Positions 1-13,040 of a stretch of 64,000 nucleotides of DNA are shown in pieces (positions within the stretch are counted from its first letter, which is position 1; each line of letters begins with the position of its first letter). The position numbers and the translations under genes were made by a program. Where the stretch lies: NCBI GenBank assembly GCA_030390025.1, contig CM059432.1, forward strand, positions 33,792,001-33,856,000, given 5' to 3'. A model generated the notes under the pieces. The model did not search any database. It saw only the letters and a list, made by a program, of their open reading frames with translations, and had not been told where the DNA came from. Source of the stretch: Squalus acanthias. Taxonomy: Eukaryota.

Positions 1-154
1 AAGCAATGGCTAGCATTTAAAGAATTAATACATAATTTACAACAAATATACATTCCTTAAGGCACAAAAACCCCACAGGAAAAGTGGTCCAACCGTGGCT
101 AACAAGAGAAGTTAAAGATAGTATTAGATCAAAGGAAGAGGCTTATAATGTTGC
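1..154 (+). mobile_element. CR1-like LINE ORF2 fragment
   Basis: Near-identical to CR1 segments at 11400-11480 and 20545-20600 (ccgtggctaac..agaagttaaagatagtattagatcaa..gaagaggcttata). Confidence 0.7.
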
Positions 155-389
155 TAACATCTTCCAGCCTTTCTAAAATTCCCATTTTTTTGCTCCAAGA
201 GGGAAATGGAGCGCAAAATCAAGCGCTTCACTTCCTTCTTGGAGTGCAAGAGGGGGGGAAGTTCACGACCCGGGGTGCACAGCTCAGCAGCGCCACGCAC
301 TGGGCTGCGCGGCGCTGACGTGTTGCAGGGGCTCTTCCCTGAATTAAAGGGAAGGGCCCCACGCTGCAAACTCTGCAGTTTTTTTTTAC

Positions 390-3300
390 TTACCAGTGTG
401 GTAAATAAGGTTGGTGAGCTGCAGGCGCAAATAGACACATGGGAATATGATGTTGTGGTGATAACAGAGACCTGGCTCAAAAAAGGGCAGGATTGGGTAC
501 TAAATATTCCTGGATATAAGGTGTTCAGGAAAGATAGGGAAGGAAAGAAAGGAGGTAGGGTGGCAGTATTGATTAAGGAGAATATTACAGTGCTGGAGAG
601 AGAGGATGTCCTGGAGGGGTCAAGGACAGAATCTATTTGGTTAGAGTTGAGAAACAATAGAGGTGCCATTACACTACTAGGTGTACTCTATAGGCCGCCA
701 ACTAGTGGGAAGGTTATAGAGGAGCAAATTTGCAGGGAAATTACAGAGAGGTGCAAGAACTATAGTACTGATAATGGGGGACTTCAAATATCCTAATATA
801 GTCTGGGATAGTAATAGTGTAAAGGGCAGAGAGGGGGAAGAATTTCTGAAGTGTGTTCAGGAGAACTTTCTTGATCAGTATGTTTCCGGCCCAATGAGGA
901 AGGAGGCATTGCTGAATCTGGTTCTGTGGACTGAGATGGGTTAAGTGGATCAAGTGTCAGTAGGGGAACATACAGGGAACAGTGATCACAGTATCATAAG
1001 GTTTCGATTAGCTATGGAAAAGGACAGGGAGCAATCTAGAGTAAAAATACTTAATTAGAGGAAAGCCAATTTCAATGGGTTGAGAATGGATCTGGCCCAG
1101 GTAAATTGGAATCAAAGATTGGCAGGCAAAACTGTAATCGAACAATGGGCTGCCTTTAAAGAGGAGATGGTTCGGGTACAGTCGGGGTACATCCCCACGA
1201 GTGGGAAAGGTAGGGCAACCAAAGTCAGAGCTCCCTGGATGATGAAAGAGATAGAGAGTAAAATGAAGCAGAAAAAAGGAGTGTATGACAGATGTCAGGT
1301 TGAGAATACAAGTGAGAACCAGGCTGAATATAGGAAGTTCAGAGGGGAAGTGAAAAAGGAAATAAGTGGGGCAAAGAGAGAGTATGAGAATAGATTGGCA
1401 GCTAACATAAAAGGGAATCCAAAAGTCTTCTCTTGGCATATAAATAGTAAATGGTTAGTAAGAGGAGGGGTGGGGCCGATTAGGGACCAAACTGGAGACC
1501 TACACATGGAGGCAGTGGGCATGGCTGAGGTACTAAATGAATACTTTGCATCTGTCTTTACCAAGGAAGAAGATGCTGCCAAAGTCATGGTGAAAGAGGA
1601 GGTAGTTGAAATACTGGATGGGATAAAAATTGATAAAGAGGAAGTATTAGAAAGGCTGGCTGTACTTAAAGTAGGTAAGTCACCAGGACTGAATGGGATG
1701 CATCCTAGGAGGTAATTGCGGAGGTACTGGCCATAATCTTCCAATCCTCCTTGGATACGGGGGTGGTGCCAGAGGACTGGAGAATTGTAAATGTTACACC
1801 CTTATTCAAAAAAGGGTGTAAAGATAAACCCAGCAACTATAGGCCAGTCAGTTTAACCTCGGTAGTGGGGAAGCTTTTAGAAATGATGATCCATCCGGGA
1901 CAAAGTGTGGCTTAATTAAGGGAAGCCCGCACGGATTTGTTAAAGGCAAATCGTGTTTAACTAACTTGATTGAGTTTTTTGATGAGGTAACAGAGAGGGT
2001 TGATGAGGGCAATGCAGTTGATGTGGTGTGCATGTACTTCCAAAAGGCATTTGATAAAGTGCCACATAATAGACTTGCCAGCAAAGTTGAAGCCCATGGA
2101 ATAAAAGGGACAGTGGCAGCATGGATACAAAACTGGCTAAGTGACAGGAAACAGAGAGTAGTGGTGAACATTTGTTTGTCGGACTGGAGGAAGGTATACA
2201 GTGGTGTTCCCCAGGGGTCGGTACTAGGACTACTGCTTTTCTTGACATATATTAGCGACTTAGACTTGGGTGTACAGGGCACAATTTCAAAATTTGCAGA
2301 TGACACAAAACTTGGAAGTATAGTGAACAGTGAGGAGAATAGGGATAGACTTCAAGAGGACATAGACAGGCTGGTGGAATGGGCGGACACGTGGCAGATG
2401 AAATTTAACGCAGAAAAGTGTGAAGAGATACATTGGGCTCAATTTTCACTGGCCCGTGGAGGCGGGTTTGGAGGCGGGAGTGGTGTGAAAATAGCAGATT
2501 CGGGGGTCCCGAACCCATCCCGCCCCCAACCCGCCTCCATGCCAGTTTCCCAGGAGGCGGGTACCCGACCTGTGCTGGGACCCGCCTCCCCGAGGCGGGA
2601 AGGGGATTAGTGCCTAATCCCTATTTTTAGCCCTGAAGTGTGGGCTTCCCAACAGGTCCGAACCACGCCGATTTAGCAAGGCGGACCGTCAGTCTGGAGG
2701 GCTTGGAGGGGTCGAGATGTCCGGTGTGCAGGTGAGTGATGGGTGCATGAGTGCAGAGGTAAGTGTGTTTGGTGTGTGTAAAGTGTTTTAAGAACTTTTA
2801 CTTACCTTAACTTTATCCTGCAGGCTAGCTTCCTTAAGGTGTCGGGAGTCCCTCACATCCACGGCACAGAAAGCAGAATGGCCGCGGAGCTGTCAAAAGC
2901 TGCAGTCTCTGCTTTCTGTGCTGGATTGATTTCTAACTGAGTCCAAGTACAGGGACTCACGTTAGAAATCATATTGTCAGTGTTTGACAGCTTCACAGAG
3001 TGTCAAACGCTGAAATTTCATCTGTCAAAAGCTCTTGACAGATGAAATTTCAATGGCTGATGTCACCTATATCCAAGGGACCCTTGATTGGCCTGCTAAG
3101 CCCGCTGGGCGGGCTTAACAAGGTCAATCAAGGGAAAATACAGTGGGTTGGCCACAAGTCGATGGAGGCGGGACTACAACCCAAAAAGTGGGAGTCCTGC
3201 CTCCATCACGTCCCCATTGACAAAATCCAGCCAATTATGTTCGGAAGAACAAGGAGAGGCAATATAAACTAAAGGGTACAATTCTAAAGGGGTGCATGGA

Positions 3301-3502
3301 CAGAGAGACCTGGGGGTATATGTGCACAAATTGTTGATGGTGGCAGGGCAGGTTGAGAAAGCAGTTAAAAAAGCATACAGGATCCTGGGCTTCATAAATA
3401 GAGGCATAGAGTACAAAAGCAAGGAAGTTATGATGAACCTTTATAAAACACTGGTTCGGCCTCAACTGGAGTATTGTGTCCAATTTTGGGCACCGCACCT
3501 TT
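390..3502 (+). mobile_element. CR1-like (HER1-type) LINE ORF2: APE endonuclease + reverse transcriptase, frameshifted; split by a MITE at 2435-3233
   Basis: ORF pieces contain ITETWL, YRPP, FQKAFDKVPH, GVPQGSVLG, SKFADDTKL and VRPQLEYCVQFW; multiple stops/frameshifts. Confidence 0.93.
2435..3233. mobile_element. Non-autonomous Harbinger-type DNA element (MITE) inserted in CR1 RT
   Basis: Left end GGGCTCAATTTT, right end AAAATCCAGCC (rc GGCTGGATTTT); flanked by ATT/ATT; CR1 reading frame resumes after it. Confidence 0.75.
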
Positions 3503-3682
3503 GGAAACCGGCTGATGACGCATCATCAAATGACATCACCAGACCCATGTCCTCTAATTGGCTGGCAAACATGCTGGGTGGGCTTAACAAGCCCAATCTA
3601 GGGAAATTCATTTCAGAAGCCGGGATGGAGACAGCCTGCCACGTATCTGCTGAGGTCAGCAAAATCGCGACCAAAGATTCTA

Positions 3683-4372
3683 AATAGTGGGGAACCAGGG
3701 TCTAGTGAGAATGAGGAACTTCAAGAAATTAGTATTAGTAAAGAAATAGTACTGGAGAAATTAATGGGACTAAAAGCCAGCAAATTCTCTGGACCTGATA
3801 GCCTATATCCTAGGGTTTTAAAAGAGGTAGCTACAGAGATAGTGGATGCATTGGTTTTGATCTTCCAACATTCCCTAGATTCTAGAATGGTCCCACGAAT
3901 TGGAAGGTGACAAATGTAACCCCGCTGTTCATGAAAGGAGAGAGAGAGTAAACAGGGAACTATAGGCCAGTTAGCCTGACAGCTGTAGTAGGGAAAATGC
4001 TAGAATCTATTATTAGGGACGTGGTAACAGGGCCCTTTGAAAATCATAGTATGATTCGGCAGAGGCAACATGGATTTATGAAAGGGAAATCATGTTTGAC
4101 AAATCTGTTAGAGATTTTTGAGATTGTAACTAGCAGGGTAGATAAGGGCGAACTAGTGGATGTAGTATATTTTGATTTTCAGAAAGCATTCAATAAGATG
4201 CCACTCAAGAGGTTATTACACAAAATTATGGCTCATGGGATTAGGGGTAATATATTAGCATGGATTGATGATTGGTTAATGGACAGAAAACAGAGAGTAG
4301 GAATAAACGGGTCATTTTTGGGATGGCAGGTTGTAACTAGTGGGGTAGCGCAAGGATCAGTGCTTGGACCTC
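3683..4372 (+). mobile_element. CR1-like LINE RT fragment
   Basis: ORF 3997-4392: QHGFMKGKSCLTNLLE, DFQKAF, GVAQGSVLGP. Confidence 0.9.
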
Positions 4373-4406
4373 TGATGTGTCCTGTGGCCTAGAGCCATTT
4401 GGTTTA

Positions 4407-4600
4407 TGTGGTAACACAATACAGCTTCCTGTGACTCGAACTTTATTGCATCACTTCCTGTGATTAGTCCAGGATAAATACTGGACTGATCAGTTGGATC
4501 CTGGAGAGGCATAGAGTAAGACCTCTTTTGTATGTAGCACCTTTTTAGTTGATTAAAGCTTACTTTAAGTTCACCACGCGTAAGGCTCATTCTTACGACA
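4407..4600 (+). repeat. Gypsy 5' LTR
   Basis: TGTGGTAAC...TTACGACA, direct repeat of 8681-8874. Confidence 0.97.
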
Positions 4601-4678
4601 ATTTAATCAACTTTGGAAAACTTCGCACTCAAACTTTTTGGACGAACTCGGAACTAAGGATCCAGGGAATCACCCATC

Positions 4679-7600
4679 ATGGAAAACATCCTTAAACCAT
4701 CGCGTCTTGACTTGGACCCAAACACCCCAGCAGCCGGTAAGGTGTGGAAACACTGGTATCGCACGTTTGACAATTTTCTGGAATATTGTAAGGCTGATGA
4801 TGACTCAAAGTTGCGGATACTCATCAACTGTGTCACCCCGAATGTATTTCAGTATGTGGAGGAATGGGGCAGTTACGAGGAGGCAATTTGGAAGCTTAAG
4901 AGACTATATACTAAGACACCGAATGAGGTCTATGCCAGACATCTACTTGCTACAGCCCAACAAGGGCCGGAGGAATCCATTGATAAATTCCTCCAAGAGC
5001 TTCGCAGACTTAGTATGGACTGTAACTTTCGGGCGGCCTCAGCTGAGCTGTACCGTGAAGAAATGATCCGTGATGCTTTCATCTGCGGGCTTGCCTCCCC
5101 ATTTATACGCCAGCGTCTACTGGAAAGTAAGACACTTGAGCTTCAGAGAGCTTATGACATGGCTTGCTCTCTAGATCTGGCAAAAAGAAATGCAGACCTT
5201 TATACAGTGCCCAGACCTCGGTCTACTGCCTTAACTACAGTCAGGCAATTTAAGAGGCCACAGGTGAACTCTATTAGGGAGGTCTTTATCCCTGACGATC
5301 AATCTGATGACTTCACTGATGAAGAGGATGATGACCCCACTGTGGCAGCCTCTTGGCAATCTAAGAAATGCTTCTTTTGTGGTGATGAGTTCCACCCTCG
5401 GAAATTCTGCCCTGCTCGCAATGCGTTTTGCAGTCATTGCAACAAAAAGGGTCATTTTGCAAAGGTTTGCCTATCAAGAGCCTCTACGAGGGCTTATCAA
5501 GCTAAGTCCTACCGAACTGCCCCGGTAAGGGCCTATCAAGAAGTTCCGGCTAAAATCTATCGTGCTTCCTCTCGAAGAAACACACCTAGAGTTTCAGCCA
5601 CTCTTTGTGCAACGACACCAATTACAGCTGCTTGTCCTCAGAACCTATTCCATGCAGCTACAAAAGCATCAATTAATGGACATACTTTAGATGCCTTAAT
5701 TGACTCAGGTAGCACTGATAGTTTCATTAGGGAACAGATTGTTGCAGAGTTAAAGCTACATGTTTTCCCATCGGACCAGGCAGTTGCGATGGCTCAGTCA
5801 TCACTTAATACCAGAATTTCTGGCTTTTGTATGGTTGAAATAACACTTAATGGTCGCAGGTATCCCTCCACCCGGCTTTCGGTGCTCAAGGACTTATGTA
5901 GTGATCTTATCTTAGGGCTGGATTTTCAAAAGCAGCATAAGAAGCTCACCATTGAGTTCGGCGGATCCAAACCTGAACTCACTATTTCTAATATACTACC
6001 TCGATTACCGTTCTGTGCATTGTCAGCAGCTTCACTGGATGAACCCTCACTGTTTTCCAGTATCCCTCCTCGATGCAAACCGATTATAACAAAGTCACGA
6101 CGTTTCAGTCAGGAAGACCAGTCTTTTATTGCGGCTGAGATTTCTCGGCTTTTAGCAGAGGATATCATCGAGCCTTGTTCGTCGCCATGGCGCGCCCAGG
6201 TCGTTATTGTTAAGAACCCTCTACAACCTCACAAGAAACGGCTGTGCATTGACTATTCACAGACCATCAATCAATATACGGACTTGGACGCATACCCATT
6301 GCCGCGCATCGATGATATGGTTAATAAATTGGCTGAGTACACGGTGTTCTCAACATATGATCTAAAAAGTGCCTATCATCAGGTACCCTTGAAGGTCTCA
6401 GACAAGCAGTATACGGCCTTTGAAGCCAATGGACGGCTGTATCAATTTCGTCGCCTCCCCTTTGGGGTCACTAATGGAGTGGCTGTCTTCCAGCGAGCAA
6501 TGGATGACCTGGTCAAACAGGAAGACTTGAAGGATACGTTTCCTTATCTGGACAATATTACTGTCGCAGGTCGCAATCAGCGGGAACATGACGCCAATCT
6601 CCAACGATTTTGGGATGCACTCCAGCACCGTAATTTGACATTAAATGCGGCTAAATCCATTGAGTCACAACCAACCATCAACATCCTTGGCTATTGTGTG
6701 GGCAATGGCATCATTAAACCTGACCCTGAAAGGCTTCGCCCACTCCAAGAACTCCCGCCACCTAAGAATCCGGCCTCCTTGCGCCGGGCCCTCGGCCTGT
6801 TTGCATACTATGCTAAATGGATTCCTAACTTCTCGGACCGAATCCAACCTCTACTGAAGGCCAGCACATTCCCACTAGACACAGCGGCTGTTGCAGCCTT
6901 TAACCTCCTGAAAAAACAGTTGGAGAAAGCGACTCTTCACTCCATCGATGAGAGTCTTCCTTTTGTCGTTGAGTGTGATGCCTCGGAGGTGGCGATCTCG
7001 GCCACTCTGAATCAGGAAGGTCGTCCGGTGGCATTTTTGTCCAGGACTTTTCAAGGGGCTGAGCTACATTATCCTCCAGTCGATAAAGAAGCTACAGCCA
7101 TCATAGAGGCAGTACGGAAGTGGAGTCACCTCCTAGCTCGCCAGCACTTTACCTTAATCACGGACCAATGATCGGTCGCCTTCATGCTCGATAATCGAAA
7201 ACGGACCAAAATTAAAAATGATAAAATCCAGCTTTGGCGGCTAGAATTGGCCTCTTTTGGTTACACCATCCACTATCGACCTGGCAAGGAGAATGTGGCT
7301 CCAGATACCCTCACACGAGCATTCTGCTCCGCCATGGCACCCTCTACGCTCGTAGACATCCATGATGGGTTGTGTCATCCGGGCGTTACTCGCATGCTAC
7401 ACTTCGTGCGGTCCCGAAATCTCCCATTCTCTACCGGGGATGTAAAGAAGATGTGCTCGGACTGCAGAGTCTGTGCGGAATTGAAACCTCGGTTTTTCCG
7501 CCCCTCGGGTGGTATACTCATACATGCGACCCAGCCAATGCAACGGCTTAGCATCGATTTTAAGGGGCCGTTGCCCTCTTCAACTCGCAACACTTATCTA

Positions 7601-8617
7601 TTGACCATGGTCGATGAGTATTCCCGTTTTCCGTTTGCCTTTCCCTGCCCCAATATGCTGACGACCACGGTTATCAGCTGCCTTGAGCAGGTATTTGCTT
7701 TCTGTGGCATGGCATCCTATGTTCATTCGGATCGGGGCCCTTCTTTTATGTCAGGAGAACTCAAGGCCTATCTCTCGGAACGGGGTATTGCTGCCAGCAA
7801 AACGACGCCTTATCATCCGGTCGGGAATGGGCAAGTCGAGCGTTTTAACGCTATCATCTGGAATGCGGTACGTCTGGCTTTGAGATCTCGGGGCCTACCC
7901 AACCAGCAATGGGAAGCAGTACTTCCAGACGCATTACACTCCACACGGTCCCTCCTTTCGACCGCCACAAATACAACGCCTCATGAACGGTTCTTCCGAT
8001 TTCAGCGTCGCTCATCCTATGTGATATCTCTCCCGTCGTGGCTGACTGCACCGGGACCAGTGCTACTCCGAAGATATGTCTGGGCGTCTAAGAATGACCC
8101 TCTGGTAGATGAGGTTGAGCTCACTGACGTCAACCCTACCTACGCCTATATTCGGTATCCTGACGGTCGGGAATCTACCGTGTCATTGCGGGATCTGGCT
8201 CCCTGCCCGCCGAAACATAGAGGGACACCAGGGGATGATATTGTACCAGGCACATCTCTGGGCTCGCCAGGTGCCTCTCATCACGATCTGGATCTGACGC
8301 CGGCTGGTACCTCACTCCAGCGTGCCGACCTGGGGCAGACTGACTATGAGCCCGTCGGGGCTCGCACGCGCAGCCACGATCCACCCTGTACCGTACGCTC
8401 GGAAACGGATCTGCCACAGCCCTGCCCGACACCCGTTCGGGCACCAGTACACAGTCAGGATCGTCCTGACCCCTCACAGAGCGGGCTGGATCACTCGGAC
8501 TCTGGTCCACGGCCCGCGGCGGGTAAACGGGCTAGGGGCCCTCTACCGCTACAAGAACCCAAACGGGTGCGGCTCTCCCTCGTCCAGCGGCTACGAAATG
8601 GAGGGAGAATGTGGTAA
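4679..8617 (+). pseudogene. Gypsy gag-pol polyprotein (Gag with 2 CCHC knuckles, protease, RT, RNase H, integrase) with one in-frame TGA at 7169-7171
   Basis: CFFCGDEFHPRKFC/CSHCNKKGHFAKVC, LIDSGS, YLDN RT motif, CDAS RNase H, HHCC + IDFKGP/SDRG/VER integrase; ORFs 4679-7171 and 7184-8617 share a frame. Confidence 0.95.
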
Positions 8618-8680
8618 CACAATACAGCTTCCTGTGACTCGAACTTCATCCCGGCCTCCTAATCTTTTGGTGGGGGAGAA

Positions 8681-8874
8681 TGTGGTAACACAATACAGCT
8701 TCCTGTGACTCGAACTTTATTGCATCACTTCCTGTGATTAGTCCAGGATAAATACTGGACTGATCAGTTGGATCCTGGAGAGGCATAGAGTAAGACCTCT
8801 TTTGTATGTAGCACCTTTTTAGTTGATTAAAGCTTACTTTAAGTTCACCACGCGTAAGGCTCATTCTTACGACA
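8681..8874 (+). repeat. Gypsy 3' LTR
   Basis: Matches 4407-4600; preceded by PPT, followed by TSD. Confidence 0.97.
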
Positions 8875-8994
8875 GTTTATATTTGCACTGTTTGAGGGTA
8901 ATTTTATCCTACTCTGTCTGGTGGGAACTGGCGTGATCAGATTGTCCTCTCGTTTTACAGTACATCCGATTGTAATCAATACAAATATGGAGAA

Positions 8995-9400
8995 TTACTT
9001 AAAAAATTGTAGTTTTTCTTGTTGGAAGAATGCAGGTTAAGGAACAATATAATAGAAATGTTTAAAATTATGTAAGGATGGGACAGAGTAGATAGAAGCA
9101 GACTCTTTCCCATAATTGATGAGGTCTAGGAGGGGACACAGATACAAGATTAAATGTAAGAGATTTTGAACAGAGATGACAGGAGAAACTTCTTTACACA
9201 TAGAGTTGTGAGGCTGTGGAATTCCCTTCCAGGGTTATCGGTTGAGGCAAAAACTGTGTCAACATTCAAGGTTAGATTGCATAGATTAATGAAGTAAAAA
9301 GGATGAAGGGATAGGGGAACAGGGTGGGTAAATGTGATTAGAACTATTTTCTCGAGTAGAGGGTAAATGCCGACACGGATTGGTTGGGCCAAATACATTT
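8995..9400 (+). mobile_element. CR1-like LINE 3' end, degenerate
   Basis: aggagaaacttctttacacatagagttgtgaggctgtggaattc motif shared with other CR1 3' ends in the window. Confidence 0.75.
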
Positions 9401-10963
9401 CTAGGTATTTCCCTCCTCCAGTCTCATTACTTTGCACTTGCCTACAATAAATGGCATTTGCCTTTCATCAGATAACCTCCCAATCTATCCAGATCCATTT
9501 GCATTTGGCTTCTATTATATTTTCAGTGAAATTTCCAGAGGAAGACCTCCCGATCTCCTGTGGTAAATTGGATAGCTCTTTCAAAGAGCTGGCACAGACA
9601 CGATGGGCTGAATGGACTTCTGTGCTGTATAATTCTATGATTCTATGAACACTTTAATCCGAGAAACAGTATTAAAGGCTTTATTTAATTACCATTTCTG
9701 TCGACAGGCCCTTACCGTTACGTGTGACACGGGACCACAAATTGGACCGTATTTATAATACGGGCGAAACATCCTTGTATTTTAAGTGCATCCCAGGACG
9801 AAACTTACTGCATCAAGGGACAATTGAAGGGATAAACTCCAGCTGCTCTTAAGTCAAAAAACACGTCATCCGCTTACATCGAGAAACTGCGAGTGTCGAG
9901 AAAATTAAGATGGTTCCCAATATGTCGACATAAGTGGTTAGGTCTACGCAATTGTCACCCACCACCAACACCTTCTCAGGTCAACTCGGGAAGGACAATA
10001 AATTCCCCCTTTGCCAATGTTGCCATCATCCTGAGAACAAATCTATTAAAACCACTAGACAAATATATTGAACATAAACAACAACAACAGTAACTTGTAT
10101 TTATATAGTGTCTTCAACGTAGCAAAACATCCCAAGGCGCTTCACAGGAGCAGGTAAATGATTGGCATTCAGTAAAAAACTGTTTATTTACAGTAATAAC
10201 AAACTTTTATTTTATTTTAATTATTAATTCTCAGGATGTGGGCATCGCTTGCAAGCCCATCCCTAGTTGCCCTGACAACTTGAGTGACATGCTATATCAC
10301 TTCAGTGGGTAGTTAATAGTCAATGACGTTGGTGTGGAACTGACCAGGTAAGGACGGCTGGTTTCCTTCTCTAAAGGGCAGTAGTGAACCAGTTGGGTTT
10401 TTTACAACAATTACTAATCTCGAAATGTCAGAAGCAACAAAGGCACAGTTCCGGCGCTAACCCTCGACATAAAACGTAGATTCTTTAGTTCTTACATAGC
10501 TCTCTGTTTCCATGGGATCCTCTGACTAACCCTCTGTCTCTGCTGGCTTCAGACTGGCTGCAATTCAGCCAAGTTATAGCTCCAATTCCTTTGAAGATGG
10601 ACCAGAACAAAGGACATGAAAAACTGCATTTCTCCTAACTACACTTTGATGACCAGACACCCAGGGTTCTAGTGATTGAATGGAATGGCATCTGCTCCAA
10701 ACCACTTTGATCAACCTGAGCTAACACTTATCTGGCTAGCTATCAGGGCAACTGCTGGACACAATGACATGAGGAGCTTTGGACTCTTCAGAACATCAGC
10801 AAATCAAACTACCTTTTCTGCAGCAGGAACAAACTGCAGACACATAATAATAACTTTAACATACATTATACTCTATGCAGTTTGCAGAAGTAGCTGGCAG
10901 AAAACAAGTTTCACCCTGTGTGTGCTGTGATCAGTAAGAAAAGATCTAATTTCTCATAACTAC

Positions 10964-12017
10964 AATTTGGGGACTTTAATCTTCTTATAGACTGGACAAA
11001 TCAAATTGGCAAAAGCAGTTTGGAGGATGAGTTCATGGAGTGCATTCGAGGCAGTTTTCTAGAATAATATGCGTGGAACCAACCAGGGAAGAGGCTATTT
11101 TAGATCCTTTCTTGTGTAATGAGACAGGGTTAATTAGTAATCTCACAGTAAGGTATCATCTGGGGAAGGGTGATCATAATTTGATAGAATTTCACATTGA
11201 GTTCGAGAGTGATGTACATAGGTACAAAACTAGAGTATTAAACTTAAATAAAGCCAATTACATTGGTACAAGTGGCGAGTTGTCTAAGGTAGATTGGGAA
11301 ATCAAATTAAAAGGTATGAGGGTAGATAAGCAATGGTGAACATTTAAAGAAATATTTCATAATTCTCAACGAATATACATTAATTGAGAAATAAAAGGTC
11401 CACGGGAAAAGTGATCCATCCGTGGCTAACTAAAGAGGTTAAGGATAGTATTAGATTCAAAGAAGAGGCTTATAAAGTTGCCAAGAAGAGTAGCAAGCCT
11501 GAGGATTAGGAGAGTTTTAGAAACCAGGAAAGGATGACCAAAAAATTGATAAAGAGGGAGAAAATAGAATCAGAGTAAACTAGCAAGAAATATAAACACA
11601 GATTGTAAGAGTAGCGAAAGTAAACATGGGTCCCTTAGAGGCTGAGACAGGAGAATTTATAGTGGGGAATAAGGAAATGGCAGAGACGTTAAAAAATATT
11701 TTGTATCTGTCTTCACAGTAGAAGACACAAAAAACATACCAGAAATAGTGGGGAACCAAGGGTCTAATGAGAGCGGGGAACTTAAAGTAATTAATATTAG
11801 TAAAGAAAAAGTACTGCAGAAATGAATGGGACTAAAAGCCAACAAATCCCCTCGACCTGATGGCTTACATCCTAGAGTTCTAAAAGAGATGGCTGCAGAG
11901 ATAGTGGATGCATTGGTTGTGATCTTCCAAAATTCTCTAGATTCTGGAACAGTCCCAGTGGATTGGAAGGTAGCAAATGTAACCCTGTTATTCAAGAAAG
12001 GAGGGAGTGAGAAAATG
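10964..12017 (+). mobile_element. CR1-like LINE ORF2 (endonuclease C-terminus to RT N-terminus), degenerate
   Basis: EPTREEAILD, KSPRPDGLHPRVLKE, DWKVANVT motifs. Confidence 0.88.
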
Positions 12018-13040
12018 GCTGTTTTTCAGACTGGAGGATGGTAGATAGTGGTGTTCCCCAAGGGTCAGTGCTGGGGCCACTGCTTTTTTTGATATATATA
12101 AATGACCTGGATATTGGAATACAGAGTAGAATTTCTAAATTTGCCAATGACACCAAACTTGGGGGTGTGGAAAACAGTGATAATGATATCAATCGACTGC
12201 AACAGGACATAGAAAGACTAGTAGAATGGGCAGACAAGTGGCAGATGGAATTTAATACAGAGAAGTGTGAGGTGATGAATTTTAGCAGAAGGAACATGGA
12301 GAGGCAATATACACTTAATGGCACAGTTTTAAAGAGTGTGCAGGGACAGAGAGACCTGGGAATTAACGTGCATATGTCCCTGAAGGTGGCGAGACATATT
12401 GAGAGAGTGGTTAACAAAGCATACGGGATCTTGCGCTTCATAAATAGGGGTATTGAGTACAAAAGTAGAGAAGTTATGCTGAACCTGGAGTATTGCATGC
12501 AGTTCTGGTCACCACACTTTAGGAAAGATGTGAAGGCACTTGAGAGGGTGCAGAAGAGATTTACCTGAATGGTTCCAGTGATGGGGGATCTTAACTACAA
12601 GGACAGGTTGGAGAAGCTGGATTTGTTTTCATTAGAGCAAAGGAGATTGCGGGGTGATTTGATAGAGGTGTACAAGATAATGACGGGTTTGGATAGGCTA
12701 GACGGGGAAAGGCTGTTCCCACTAGTTGATGGTACAAGGACTAGGAGACAGAGATTTAAGGTTTTGGGCAAGAGATACAGGGGAGACGTGAGGAAAAGCT
12801 TTTTTATGCAGCGAGTGGTGAGGACCTGGAACTCGCTACCGACGGAAGTGGTAGAAGCGGACACACTCAAATTTTTCAAGGGGAGACTGGATAGGCACTT
12901 GAGGGAAATAAACTTGCAGGCCTACGGGGATAGAGCAGGGGAATGGGACTGACTGGATTGCTCTACAGAGAGCCGGCACGGACCCGATGGGCCAAATGGC
13001 TTCCTTCTGTGCCGTTATGGCTCTATGACTATGACTCTAT
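12015..13040 (+). mobile_element. CR1-like LINE RT C-terminus and 3' UTR with microsatellite tail
   Basis: [46 protein letters not shown]; tail ctctatgactatgactctat. Confidence 0.92.

Larger units (their letters stand above)
4407..8874 (+). mobile_element. Full-length Ty3/Gypsy LTR retrotransposon (probably Mag-like), very recent
   Basis: Two 194-bp TG..CA LTRs (4407-4600, 8681-8874) that look identical on inspection; 5-bp TSD GTTTA (4402-4406, 8875-8879); PPT TGGGGGAGAA at 8671-8680. Confidence 0.97.

Noticed and set aside
154..2306. Long minus-strand ORFs over CR1 (also at 11657-12879 and 20575-21078)
   Set aside because: Antisense shadows of purine-rich LINE ORF2.
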